Positions 23,001 to 35,038 of a DNA stretch of 64,000 bases are shown here, one piece after another (within the stretch, counting starts at the first letter, position 1; each line of letters begins with the position of its first letter). The position numbers and the translations under genes were made by a program. Where the stretch lies: the NCBI GenBank assembly GCA_000002445.1, contig AE017150.2, positions 128,001-192,000 of the forward strand, in the 5' to 3' direction. The notes below the pieces were generated by a model. It was not told the origin of the DNA, made no database searches, and saw only the letters and a program-made list of their open reading frames with translations. This stretch comes from Trypanosoma brucei. Lineage: Eukaryota.

Positions 23001-25760
23001 AACGGCCAGTATTCAGTACAGTTGGCTTATGTGAAACCAAAACGTCTGCATCCGTGTATGTTCAACCTGACAGCTTCGCTTAGCCTTTTGTTAAGCTGTA
23101 CGACACTCTTCCAGGTGTATGCAACAAAATACAGTTATGCGCGTGATCTTGCAAGTGAGGAAGGTAGTGTACAGGAAGCATGTGAAACAGGAAAAATATA
23201 TATTGAGCTGCTCTGAATCCATTTGATGCAGAATGTAAGAGCGTTAACCCGGCTGATATTTTGATATGAACCAACACACTAAATAATGATTTAAGAAGCA
23301 GGAAAAAGTTGATCCAAACTGCACTTAGCCTGGAGTTGTTTCCAATGCTCCTAGATAATAATGTGTGTGATGCGTATGGGGGTTCATTACTTTTTGAGGG
23401 AGCATGAAAAAGGATGAGGAGCAGAAACTGTTCGGAAGATGACGATTTTTACGATTCTTATTATTAGGTCGACATCCTTTTTGTGATGGTTTAATGGTTT
23501 AGTATCTATGAGTGCTTTACACTCGCTTTATTTGAACACAAACTCATGCATGCGCGAAAATTGTGAAGCTGCTTACTCACAGATATCAATTAGAGGCATC
23601 AAGCTTTTGGCTCATGGTAGTCATTTTCATATGAAGTTAGCATTCCGAAACAGCTACCTGGGAAAGGAAATTGAAGGCCCACCACCCTTGCCAACATGCA
23701 TTTTATCTGTATTTGTGGTCAAAATGGACGTCACATGTAGCCGCACCATTTCATTGACCGCTGCGTAATATACTCCCTTACTTATACTCATTAATACCCA
23801 CTGACGCCTCTCTTTTCTCTCTTTGTGTGCGGGAAGCACTGCCGTCATACAGAGAGAATCGCAACATTGGATAAGAGAATGGATCTCGAGTGTGTTAGAA
23901 GGCAGTCAGAGACGATAGCAGTTGTGACGGTTGTGGTGTTCCGGGTGAATTTGGATTTGATTAATGATGAACCGCTTCGTGTAGCGGTAAGAGACCCTGA
24001 TGAAACTGCATATAAAGAAACTAGAGGAAGGGCTCACAATGGTCATAAACACGTCTTATGGATGTGATAATGTATGGAATGAAAGTGTGGAAACAAGGTT
24101 GAGAGAAATCATGTGTGAGACTGTATTTGCCGATTTTTACAAAATGGGGATGAATTCTCTCCGTGTATGAATGCTGCGTTGGAGAGTGCAAATGATATGT
24201 TACATGTACAAGCTGGAGAGGATGGCGACTGACGTCTGAAATTGGAATGGATGTAAAAGACATAAAGCATTGTACCGATGCGAAAGCAAAGGGCGCATGC
24301 ATGTCAACGATAGGAAACTAGTTTAGACTCTTTTTATTCGGATATGCTGTGGCGGAAGCAGTGTGCATGCAGAAACCCCGAGCATCCGACAACGGGATAT
24401 AGAAGCGTTAACGATAGTGTCCAACTCATGGAAATCCGGCAGACATCAACTCCTCTCAATTATAAGTTACTTCGAGCTTATCAATTTCTTCCTTATGAGG
24501 TCCCATTTCCTCCACACACTTTTGCATCACAACAATGGAGAGAAGGAGAAAATGTTGAAGCGCATTATGCACTGTATCAAACTTGTTTGTGTATGTATTT
24601 GACCTCTCCTGATATGAGTCTAACCGTTACCAACATGTTACCGACTCTGGGAATCCATGAGCATGATGTACATAAAATATCACGAACTTTGTGCACGTCC
24701 TGGCGTTCCACTTAGTGAACGTCATCAAACTCAATGAGCAGAACCACATGGAAGGAGGAAATTGTGTATTTGTATGCATACATGTGTGTCAGTATGTTGG
24801 TTTGTAACACTGTGGTGAGAGTAAATGGAAGTATCTTTTAATATGGAGAATACCGCACATAAACACACCTCAGTGTATCACCAAGAAATAATGGCGGAAA
24901 CGGGTCAGACAAGGTTGCAGAGATATCAGTCTCAAATATATACATATGACACTAGCCATTCTCTGGTCACACAACAAGAAAGAGCAAGGTGTAGCGTTGA
25001 TTGGATGTAACGGCAGGATGAATCATTTCCTTTAAAGGACAAATGAGCAGATGCGCGTGTGCAGTCCAAACCGGCTAACTGTGAATTGCATTTCATTGAG
25101 AAATATTTTTTGTTAATTCAGCAGGCAGAACGCCTTCTTTTTTCACTCTCACTTTACACAGACATGACGGTCGGTAGAGGTTAGTACCAGCTGATGCATT
25201 TACAACCGTGCACAGTAATAAATGTTAACTGATTGCTCCTGTCGTGTGACTCTCGAGACGTTACCAGGTGACCATGGAATTATCTTAAAGATGTTTGGAT
25301 AGAAGGGCGTCTAATAGGTGCCGGTCTTCTAATACAGCGAAAAGCTTGTAATGCATGCGTATGTTTGGTAAGATGCGAGGAGGCCATTGATTGTACTGTT
25401 GTAGTTAGCTGTTGCGCGCTGCATTGACTGGGTGTGGTTGCAGCACATCTCAGTAATGAAATGCAGAAACCTCTCATCCATCGCAGTGATCGACAAATGT
25501 GTCTTAATTAAGTTGAATGGCAGGTGGTGTCTATGCATATGTTGGGTTGCTCGACTCCCAGAAACCTGGATTAAAGCAACAAAAGGTGTTGTCGTTTGTT
25601 TTTATCCATGCATTTGTTCAAACTATCTGTGCATCAATGCGTACCATCATTGTCTTTCAGTATAACCAACCTTTCTATACCATCAATAACAACTCTCTTC
25701 CATCCATCATTGCTAAACAAGATAACTTTCTTGATGAATTTCATTCATGATCGCACGCGT

Positions 25761-28114
25761 ATGCCGGCTGACGAAGCACAGCAAGCTCCACCACCTCCCC
25801 AATTACCTTTACGACGCCAACACTTTTCCTGTTGCTGTTAGTGTTACTTCAACTTTATCAAATATGTGTTCTTGTTAACGCAGATGATGGTGGGAAAGTT
25901 ACAGTGAAGGCAATATCTCTGTTATACAGTCGAAAATGGGACGTAAAAGTTATCAATGCCGTGAATGCCGATTTCAACGCCTCCCTGGTTGCTCGGAACT
26001 GGACGGTGGCACCCGGAGTGAATGTTGAAGTTGCCCGCTCCCCCTCATACGTCATCGATTCGGTCCAGTTTCTGAATGACTACCCGAAGGCACTAAATGG
26101 CGATGACGCGAACAAGCTGTGCAATACATTAAAAGGGAACCAACTTGTTGGCTTCGGTTCCATGGCTGAGTATCAACAGGGCATGAGGGATGTCTGCCGC
26201 ATCTTTACTTCCTGCTCCTTGAGGCCACTGGCGAACTTATTACCCCAGTACGTTATGCGATGAGTCACTTACGTGTGCTAAAGCAGGGTTTCATGTATCT
26301 TGATGGGCTCCCGGGAGGTAGTGAAGCATATAATCATGCAGTGGATTTCATATAGCGCATGGGGTACAGTTTCTGTTGTGTTTTCACGGGGGAAGACAAA
26401 GCGGGTGGACAAGGTGGATCACCTGAGGAATTCGACGCTGCATGGAATTAGTTTGCTGGGGGAAATCCACAGGCTGTGATTATGTTTGCCGCCATGAAGC
26501 CTGATGCCAAAAAAAATCTCGTGAGGTTGGTGTCTGATCCGCGTACGGAAGATACGTTCATGCCAACTCCGATCTTATTGCAGAAATCAATCGTGAGCAT
26601 CTGGAAGGAGACATTGGAAGAAGCGAATGTTCCGTTTGTTCCCCATCGTGTGATTCAGACGGGGTCAAATCCTCTCGCTGAGGAAGATTATATCGACGCG
26701 GTAAAACGCTTTCAGACTGAAATGAGGAACTATTTGACTGAATACAGGGAGTGGAGTGACTTCAATGATGCGGATCACTTTCTAAAGAGTGACGCGGATG
26801 GGGAGCTGACGATCAACGGCTAGATTACTGGAGAGGTGTTGGCGCGGGCACTGCGTACCCATGGCTGGATGAAAAATCGCACAGCCGTCATTGAGTCGCC
26901 GTTACGTGATTGATGGCATCGTGATCGGTGATTTTGGAGGTGAGTGCGATAGCTTTACCACTGCAAATGATGCCACTTGCCGCTGCAACCGTGGCAGGAA
27001 GAACGTCTACATGAGGGAGATTGCTGAAAATTACCGCCTGCAACCGCTTGCTGGCAGGCATATTATGACAACTTCCTTGCAGTGTTATATCGATCCCTCA
27101 TTCCTATAGACACCACTCACCGGCCTCACCGTTGATATGGAAGATCACGAAGAGCTTCTGAGAGGTTCCACACAGTTTGAAACTGGTGTGTCCACCACGA
27201 CCTCATCTGGGAAAGCTGGCGAGATGAACAGTTTCTTCCTTCAGAAGGTTGCCACAGATATGCAGAAGGTTTCCGACGAGCTCAACACATTGCGGCAGGA
27301 AAGGATAGTCACTGCCGTGTTTGGCATCGTAACAAAAGCGGTCTGCCAGGTCTGACATTCATTGACCCTATGGCACCAACCCCTCATCTGAACAGTTTCA
27401 GCAGGAATGTGATCCACTTGTCCCCAACAATGGAGCAGCAGCTATGCATGTTAGCGAGCTCCCTCTCCAGCATTCGTGCTGACTTCCACCAATTGCGTTG
27501 TAAGGGGCGGTGAGGCGTCCGCTTTCATTGATGCGCTAAGAAAGACACTGCTCACATTTGGCTTGAACCTCAGCTCTACCGTTGTATTAACTCCAGGGGA
27601 CTCTGTTGGAGAGTATCTTTCGAAAAGTGGTAGCACTTTTATCATTGGACTTGCTGTTGATGGCATTGTGGTAACTGAAGAGCATCTACGTATCCGCAAC
27701 AAGGTGCGCGTATTTGTCCAGTTCTCTGACATTGCGCTGCTGTAAAATGAGTTTGCGCAAGCCTTCGACAATAGCGATGGCACCAAGCACCTTTTGTTCG
27801 CAACAAGTTTGCTTTGCTACCCAGACATCAACACGACATCGTAGACTGTGCAACGGTTCCACGAGGCGGTACGTGAGGTGGAAAAGTGGACGCCGCTGTC
27901 GGTGCTGGGTTTCGCCACGGGTAGACTAATCCAAGAGAATCTGCAAAACATGGAAAGGGTAACGTCCGGCCTGCTGGTCGACCTTTTCTTCAACCAAACA
28001 GTAATCATCATTGATGGCATGCGTTATATGGGCCGTACAAACATTATGATTGCATAACCAACGGTGTTGTTACCGCTGATGACTGCGTGACAAACTTCGG
28101 TGCTACGGATATAA

Positions 28115-28148
<34 letters not shown>

Positions 28149-28661
28149 TCAATGGCACGTGCGCTACGGTCAGATGCACCGATACTACAGAATCCGATGT
28201 CGCCGTCGTTGATGTGCGCTGTCCCCAACGGTAATGCCCTCACCCCCGCACAAGTTGCTGGTGTGGTTGGTGACTCTTTATTCGTTGTGGCTCTTGCAAT
28301 ATGTCTAAGCTTACTTGCGTGATTCCCTCTCCGTGGCACCCGTGATGACGACAGCGCACCCAAGGAACCAACGAACCCCGTGACACTAATATTTACTGAC
28401 ATTGAGAGCGGCACTGCGTTGTGGGCTGCACACCCTGAGCTGATGCCTGATGCCGTTGCGACACATCACCGTCTGATTCGTTCACTGATTGGGAGGTATG
28501 GCTGCTACGAAGTCAAAACTGTTGGTGATTTGTTCACAATAGTGAGCAAGAGTCCCTTCGCTGCCGTACACCTCGCACAGAAACTACAGCTGTGTTTCTT
28601 GCATCATTCCTTCCGAAGGGGCTGCACAATTTCTGACAGCGCCGAATGGACAAATGCATAA
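25761..28661 (+). pseudogene. Receptor-type adenylate cyclase pseudogene, GRESAG4/ESAG4-like. Has multiple frameshifts and stops, and is truncated inside the catalytic domain.
   Basis: Fragments in different frames span signal-peptide-like LLVLLQLYQICVLVNA, then SLLYSRKWDVKVINAVNADFNASLVARNW, extracellular-domain pieces, a TM-like VVGDSLFVVALAICLSLLA, and finally the diagnostic cyclase core TLIFTDIESGTALWAAHPELMPDAVATHHRLIRSLIGRYGCYEVKTVGDLFTIVSKSPFAAVHLAQKLQLCFLHH. Homology stops at about 28620. Confidence 0.8.
28119..28147. repeat. (GT)n microsatellite of about 14 units inside the adenylate cyclase pseudogene, just upstream of the TM and catalytic remnants.
   Basis: gtgtgtgtgtgtgtgtgtgtgtgtgtgtg read directly. 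It creates a spurious (HT)n ORF on the minus strand. Confidence 0.9.
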
Positions 28662-30744
28662 TATTACGGAGCGCTGCTTACGCACGCAGCTTATATAATG
28701 TCACATGCGTTGTGATTTGTAGAGGGGAGTGGGCCACCAGAAATTGGGCCATTTAATGTCAATAAGTTTTTACCGCTTGTTGGAGCCGTAATTCCCCGCA
28801 CTTAACCTTTTCGAACCGAGGAGTTGGTAAAAGACGGCCAATCAACGGCATCGTCGACACCGTGGCCATCAGTACGGGATTTTACATACGGTAACGAAGC
28901 GTGGGCATATGTTTTTCTTTAAGCGTCATTTTTTTAAATATTTTTCTGTACATTGTTGCTGCCACTTCTATGAAGTATAGCCAGAATGTTAGAGTAGTAC
29001 ATTTGCGTGCAAAACGAAGATAATAATACTCCCTTTGTTTTTCTTTCCCTCTTGGGTTGTATGAAAAGAGGGGGCTCCTGTTTGTAGGATGACAAGAGCT
29101 GTTTTGTTTCTTTCCTCAAAAAAATTGCATGCTCCATAGTTGCTCCAATATTCCCATCCCTTCATTGGAAAATGACCCGTCGGCTCCGTCCATGTGAGTG
29201 AAGCGGTGTCCCTGATATTTGCCCTGATGCTTTTTCTTTTTTCCACCGTGGAACCTGCACTGCACTGCACTTGCGTTCCCTCATCCCCTCTTACAGTTAT
29301 CCGTTTCACTTCCCCTGTTGAGGAATGCGTATTTCCAACCGCGCGAGATATCAAACAGTAAATCTGTCGGACAAACAAAAGGCTAAGAAATTCGTCACAT
29401 AAACTTATGAGCTTTCACCACTGAGGCACGCACGCTCACCAACACCAACAAAGTCAAGCAAAAGGCGCTGCATATTAATACTCAATGGCGCCATAATGTT
29501 CCCTTTCGTGTTCCCTTTTCCCTCTTCCTTCCGTTGGGGTTACACAACACTTGTGGGAACCCGCTTCACTTCCTCCTTTTCCAATTATGAAGGTAACTGT
29601 GTTTTGTTTGCCACACCTCCGCTTGTTATTTCTCCAACTGGTTTCACTTTCAGAAGTCGCGTGTACACCACTTGTGGAGGAAATATTACATTAGGCAAAA
29701 CCAACTATGAAAAAAATGGCAATACATTCTAAAACATTCCCTCAACATTGCAGAACTCATGAAAGGAATCATGGTTACTGCCGCCAGGCTAAGGAAAGAC
29801 CAAAAGGCTTTTGAAATGTGTTTTCGCATTGAATGTACCATTGGTATTTCTTTAACATGCAAACACAACACAAATCACGGCATGCACAAACACGAGTGCC
29901 AAGCTTCTTATAGAGATATTTCAATACCTGAAAAAGGGACCGGGACGCAAAGTTTGGGAATGGAATTTCCCCGCCCGTAACGGTGATTATCTAAGACATT
30001 CAATCAACACATTTCCGCCTGTCCACAGTCAATGGGAAACCGTAGTGCCCATATGTCCCCCTAATTACTGTTGTCCCTTCAGTTTTCACAGTAGATGTTT
30101 CAATTGGTTTCTGCGGCCGAGGTAAATAAAGCGTATGTGTCATATCCGGGAGGTGTTTCCATGTGTCTTCGCTTTCCGTTTTGTCACTGCGTTTGGGCTC
30201 ACGCAATGACATTAATTGAAATTTCAGGCCACTACCATATATGGGTGGCTCGTGGAGAGAGTGAGGATTGGGATTATTCTAACAGCTTTGTGGTTGTGTG
30301 TGTCGTGCTTTTGGAAAATATTGCAGCCAATGAAAGGGAAGGCAAGTGCCACCTTACTTTCCATGCCGCGGCATCAATGCATAAGAATTATATGCTAGTT
30401 GCCCTGCGAGGGAAGGTCGTGAAGGCGAAGGTTAGCTTCCGGTTTAAGGAAATGTAGAGACTTCTTGATACTACTGTCAGAAACTACTGTTGCCGCGTGC
30501 TTCAGGCACTGGGTCAGTAATTCATAAATAAAACAACGAGAATAAAATTAATCCCTTGTGGCTGCTAAGCGTGCAAGCAACTGAGAATAATAAACAGTAT
30601 ATTTTTGCCACACTTTATTGATTTCTATATATATACAAAACAACCTCATTACATTTATCATTTCTTTTGTGCCCAAAGACTGCTGAATGAATGTTAGGAT
30701 CACTGACCATAACACATTTTGGCATGCACCTCAATTACTTCCTT

Positions 30745-30795
30745 ATAACACTTCCCCCCCCCTCGTTTGATTCATCGCTTAGCTCTATTATTAAA
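30745..30795 (+). promoter_or_regulatory. Polypyrimidine tract plus downstream AG dinucleotides. Candidate trans-splice acceptor region for the LRRP mRNA.
   Basis: cttcccccccccctcgtttgattcatcgcttagctc followed by ...aaaaag..., about 60-100 nt upstream of the first in-frame ATG at 30854. This is inferred from general kinetoplastid mRNA processing rules only. Confidence 0.3.
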
Positions 30796-30853
30796 AAAGA
30801 AAAAGCATTTCCTCAACACTCAGCACCTCAAGGAATCGGAAACGGGAACTACA

Positions 30854-33800
30854 ATGTCAGGAAACCAAGGAAGAAAGCGACAACGCAGCTCATCTCCCGA
30901 GCACACAGAAGCTTTAAAGGAATCATCAACTACTGGACAAAATAAACTCACCACCGTTACAATCACCGAAGAGACGCGTGACGCCAGTAATGATGAAACT
31001 GTGATATCATTATTGAATGAGCATGAGAAATTGATTAAACAAACGACACGGCTGGAAAGCAGTGTGAAGGCACTTAAATGTTTCATGAGTAATCTCACAG
31101 CTATGAGTGGCGAAAGGCGAGGTGGTGTGTGTGATGGCACCGAATGCATACGTGCGGTAACGTTATATCATGCTGCTGATAATGCCTTCAGTGACGAAGG
31201 ACTATATGAAGGTTCTCTTTCCTCACTCTGTGGCCGCATTCAAGCTAAGAAATTAACCATCACGTTATCAAAGGGTTGGAAATTTAACTCACGACAAGTC
31301 AGTAAGCTAAAGCAGTTAGAAGAGTTACGCATTGAATATCCACATGGTAAACTTGTGAATATCATATCTTTGAATAACCTTGATATGTTGAAAAGGCTTT
31401 GTCTCAGGAGCAACAATATTGACAACAATGACGCCCGTCACTTATTCAATATTGGAACATTGGAGGAGTTGGCTATTACTGACACCATGCAACTGACAAA
31501 TATCAGAGGAATCTCTCGCTTAACTAACCTGAAGTGTCTTGAGTTAAATTCCACAGATATTGATGATAGCTGTATAGGGGAAATAAGTGCATGTGCTAAA
31601 CTGTCCAAACTGAGTGTATCCGAATGCAACAATATCACAGACGCGACACCAATTTCACAACTTTCAGCGCTTGAAGAGTTGAATCTAAACAGCTGTTACC
31701 ACATAACGAAGGGAATAGGAACACTTGGCATGTTGTTACGATTGCGTATACTTGATTTGAGTGGTGTTCCTGTGGAAGATAATTGTCTGAAGGATTTGTG
31801 TGACTGTGGATCGCTTGAAAGGCTGAACATTTCTTATTGTATTCAGCTGACAGATATCAATCCACTCTCCAATGCCACTGCTATTGAGGAATTGAACCTT
31901 AACGGTTGTCGCCGAATAACACGAGGGATAGGCGTTGTGTGGGCATTACCAAAACTCCGTGTATTGCACATGAAGGATGTGCACCTGAGCGAGCCATCTC
32001 TCGATTCAGTTGGGACTGGTGGACCACTTGTAAAGGTCAGTCTTGATAACTGCGCAGGGTTTGGTGATATGACACTCTTATCCAGCATTGTTACACTCGA
32101 GGAGCTGAATATTCAAAAATGTGCTGACATCATTAGTGGTGTGGGTAGCCTTGGTACACTACCGTACCTGCGTGTGCTTAACATAAAGGAGGCACACATC
32201 TCGTCCCTTGACTTTACTGGTATTGGTGCCTCAAAATCCCTTTTACAGCTCAATATGGAGAGTATCACGGGACTGATTGATGTGGAAGCACTCGCCAACA
32301 TTTTGACTCTGGAAAAACTAAGCCTTCACGGCTGCACGGGTATTGACGCAGGAATTGGATGTCTCGGAAACCTGCCACAGCTTAAAATGTTGGACCTGTC
32401 TGGCACAAATACCGACAATGAGTCTCTCAGAAGTTTATGCCTATCGCAGACAGTGGTGTCCCTCAACCTTTCCCATTGTTGGAAAATGACAAATGTGTCC
32501 CATATTTCAAGCCTCGAAGCATTGAATGAACTGAATCTGAGCAACTGTTTTGGAATAAATGCAGGATGGGAAGCAATTGAAAAACTTCAGCAGCTACATG
32601 TGGCAATCCTCTCGAATACACATATTACTGATAGAAACATATCCCATTTCAGCAAGTGCAAAAACCTTGTTACGCTTGATCTTTCTTTCTGCAATAAGTT
32701 ACTTGATGTTACAGCTCTCTCTAACATCACTACGCTTGAGGAGTTGAATCTTGATAGTTGTTCAAACATCAGAAAAGGGCTGAGCGTTCTTGGAGAGTTG
32801 CCACGGCTTTGTGTGTTGAACATAAAGGGTGTACAGTTGGAAGACTCAGTTATTGTTTCACTAGGGAATGGTGGATCACTTGTAAAGGTCAGTCTTGATG
32901 ACTGCGCAGGGTTTGGTGATGTCACGCCTCTCTCAAACCTTGTTACACTTGAAGAACTGAATCTCCACTACTGTGACAAAGTAACCTCTGGAATGGGAAC
33001 ACTGGGCAGGCTACCGCAGCTTCGTGTACTGGATTTGGGACGGACACAAGTTGATAATAATTCCCTTGAGAATATCTGCACAAGCTCAATCCCACTTGTG
33101 TCATTAAACCTTTCGCATTGCAAGAAAATAACATCTATTTCTTCAATCGCTTCCCTTACAGCATTGGAGGAACTCAACATTGACAACTCCTGTAATGTAA
33201 CATCCGGTTGGAATGTATTTGGTACACTTCATCAACTGCGTGTGGCCACACTGTCGAATACACGCATTAATGATGAAAACATACGGTACGTTAGCGAGTG
33301 CAAGTCTTTGAATACACTCAACCTTGCGTTTTGCAAAGATATAACAGACGTCACAGCACTTTCTAAAATTACTATGCTTGAGGAGCTGAACCTTGATTGC
33401 TGCCCCAACATCAGAAAAGGTATTGAAACTCTTGGAACGCTTCCCAAGGCAGGTATCCTAAGCATGAAGGAATGTTACATGGGAGACAGTGATGCGCAAC
33501 AATGTTCCATCCTTTGGAATAGTAAGTCACTTGTGAAACTGAATCTTGAGAGGTCAATGGGATTCATATCTGTGAAAGCTCTCTCTAACATTGCGACACT
33601 GGAGGAGTTAGTACTCGGTCATGCACGGAAAGTATGTTGTATACCGTCATTTTCCTGTCTACCGCGCCTTCGAGTACTGAATCTGAAATATACGGATTTC
33701 AATGATGATGTAACTAAAAATATTTCCGAATCGAAATCGCTGCAGTCACTCAACTTATCACATTGCAAATGGGTAACCGATATATCAGTATTATCTTCCT

Positions 33801-35038
33801 TATTGGCACTGGAGGAACTGAATGTTAACTGCTGCAACGGAATACGAAAAGGCTGGGAGTCGCTCGGAAAGCTGCCTCTACTACGTGTAGCAATTCTATC
33901 TGATACTAACATCACCGCTAAAGATATAGCTTGCCTTAGCAGTTGCAAAACGCTGGTGAAACTAAAGTTTTTTCGGTGTGAGAAGTTGTCAGATGTCACG
34001 GTGGTGTATGAGATTCAATCACTGGAGGAACTGATAGTTAGGAGCTGTTCAGACGGCCTCAAGGGACTGAATGCCCTTGGTACACTGCCACGGTTGCGTT
34101 TTTTGCTTCTGCGAAATGTGAGAGGTAGTGATATATCTGTTGAATCTATTGGGACGAGCAAATCTCTCGTGAGGCTTCATATTGAAATGCGCGAGGACTT
34201 AACAGACACAACACCCCTCTCCAACATCACGTCCCTTGAGGAATTATCATTGCGTGAATGCGGTGATAACCTGGGAGGAGTCGGGACACTTGAGAAACTG
34301 CCACGGCTTAAATCGCTGGATCTCGGTTTATCTGACATTAGCAATAGCACACTTAATTATATTTTTCTGTCTCGATCCATTACGTCACTCAACCTAGACT
34401 CCAGTTGGGAACTAACAGATATATCTCATATATCAAATCTTACGGCACTGGAGGAATTGAATCTGGGAGGATGTTACTACATAACTTCAGGCTGGAAAGC
34501 ACTTAGCGAATTACCACGACTTCGTGTGCTCAACTTGGAATCCACCAGAGTTACGACCCGTTACGATGGATACTATATCAGCAGATGCAAATCCCTCGTC
34601 ACACTCAACCTTGAATTGTGTGATATGACCGATGCTTCATACATCGCTAATATCAAGACACTGGAAGAGTTGCATATAGGGAAATGCAAAGAGCTAACGC
34701 AGGGGTTTAGTGCACTTTTCACTCTTCCGCGGTTGCGCATTCTTAACTTGATTTGTTCTCTTATTACAGATGAAGACCTCAGGGAAATTCAACCACCCCA
34801 TACCATTGAGGAGCTCAATCTTTCTTATTGTGTGGAGCTCAATGATATTACACCACTTGGGAGAATAAAATCAATTAAAAAATTGCATCTCCGTCAGAGC
34901 CATGATGCCAGAAGGTCCACAGAAGGATTCAGAAGTCTTTTGGAGCTGCCGTGCCTTTCTTGGGTGGATCTCAAAAATGCTTCTGTCAGTTCTGATATCC
35001 TGCGTGAACTGGGAAAAAGGAGGGTACATATATATTAA
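30854..35038 (+). CDS. Leucine-rich repeat protein (LRRP), about 1394 aa from the first in-frame ATG. The six-frame ORF 30767..35038 starts at an upstream TTG. It has a non-LRR N-terminal region of about 170 aa, then about 45-50 cysteine-containing LRRs of about 24 aa arranged in about 3-LRR supermodules.
   Basis: Single uninterrupted ORF. Pervasive LxxLxxLxLxxCxxITDxxxLSxL periodicity. Recurring module ...LEELNLxxCxxIxxGxxxLGxLPxLRVLxL...SKSLVxLxLxxC...TDVxxLSNIxTLEELNL. No RING or other C-terminal domain is seen. Confidence 0.85.
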   Translation: MSGNQGRKRQRSSSPEHTEALKESSTTGQNKLTTVTITEETRDASNDETVISLLNEHEKLIKQTTRLESSVKALKCFMSNLTAMSGERRGGVCDGTECIRAVTLYHAADNAFSDEGLYEGSLSSLCGRIQAKKLTITLSKGWKFNSRQVSKLKQLEELRIEYPHGKLVNIISLNNLDMLKRLCLRSNNIDNNDARHLFNIGTLEELAITDTMQLTNIRGISRLTNLKCLELNSTDIDDSCIGEISACAKLSKLSVSECNNITDATPISQLSALEELNLNSCYHITKGIGTLGMLLRLRILDLSGVPVEDNCLKDLCDCGSLERLNISYCIQLTDINPLSNATAIEELNLNGCRRITRGIGVVWALPKLRVLHMKDVHLSEPSLDSVGTGGPLVKVSLDNCAGFGDMTLLSSIVTLEELNIQKCADIISGVGSLGTLPYLRVLNIKEAHISSLDFTGIGASKSLLQLNMESITGLIDVEALANILTLEKLSLHGCTGIDAGIGCLGNLPQLKMLDLSGTNTDNESLRSLCLSQTVVSLNLSHCWKMTNVSHISSLEALNELNLSNCFGINAGWEAIEKLQQLHVAILSNTHITDRNISHFSKCKNLVTLDLSFCNKLLDVTALSNITTLEELNLDSCSNIRKGLSVLGELPRLCVLNIKGVQLEDSVIVSLGNGGSLVKVSLDDCAGFGDVTPLSNLVTLEELNLHYCDKVTSGMGTLGRLPQLRVLDLGRTQVDNNSLENICTSSIPLVSLNLSHCKKITSISSIASLTALEELNIDNSCNVTSGWNVFGTLHQLRVATLSNTRINDENIRYVSECKSLNTLNLAFCKDITDVTALSKITMLEELNLDCCPNIRKGIETLGTLPKAGILSMKECYMGDSDAQQCSILWNSKSLVKLNLERSMGFISVKALSNIATLEELVLGHARKVCCIPSFSCLPRLRVLNLKYTDFNDDVTKNISESKSLQSLNLSHCKWVTDISVLSSLLALEELNVNCCNGIRKGWESLGKLPLLRVAILSDTNITAKDIACLSSCKTLVKLKFFRCEKLSDVTVVYEIQSLEELIVRSCSDGLKGLNALGTLPRLRFLLLRNVRGSDISVESIGTSKSLVRLHIEMREDLTDTTPLSNITSLEELSLRECGDNLGGVGTLEKLPRLKSLDLGLSDISNSTLNYIFLSRSITSLNLDSSWELTDISHISNLTALEELNLGGCYYITSGWKALSELPRLRVLNLESTRVTTRYDGYYISRCKSLVTLNLELCDMTDASYIANIKTLEELHIGKCKELTQGFSALFTLPRLRILNLICSLITDEDLREIQPPHTIEELNLSYCVELNDITPLGRIKSIKKLHLRQSHDARRSTEGFRSLLELPCLSWVDLKNASVSSDILRELGKRRVHIY

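Noticed and set aside
28103-28414. Minus-strand ORF ending ...DHTHTHTHTHTDLYP.
   Set aside because: It is an artefact of translating the (GT)n microsatellite. It lies antisense within the adenylate cyclase pseudogene.
30820-33999. Numerous 60-126-aa antisense and out-of-frame ORFs overlapping the LRRP gene, plus the same at 78..437 in the partial copy.
   Set aside because: A long repetitive LRR-coding sequence is expected to generate spurious open frames. The single 1394-codon sense frame with coherent LRR periodicity explains the region.
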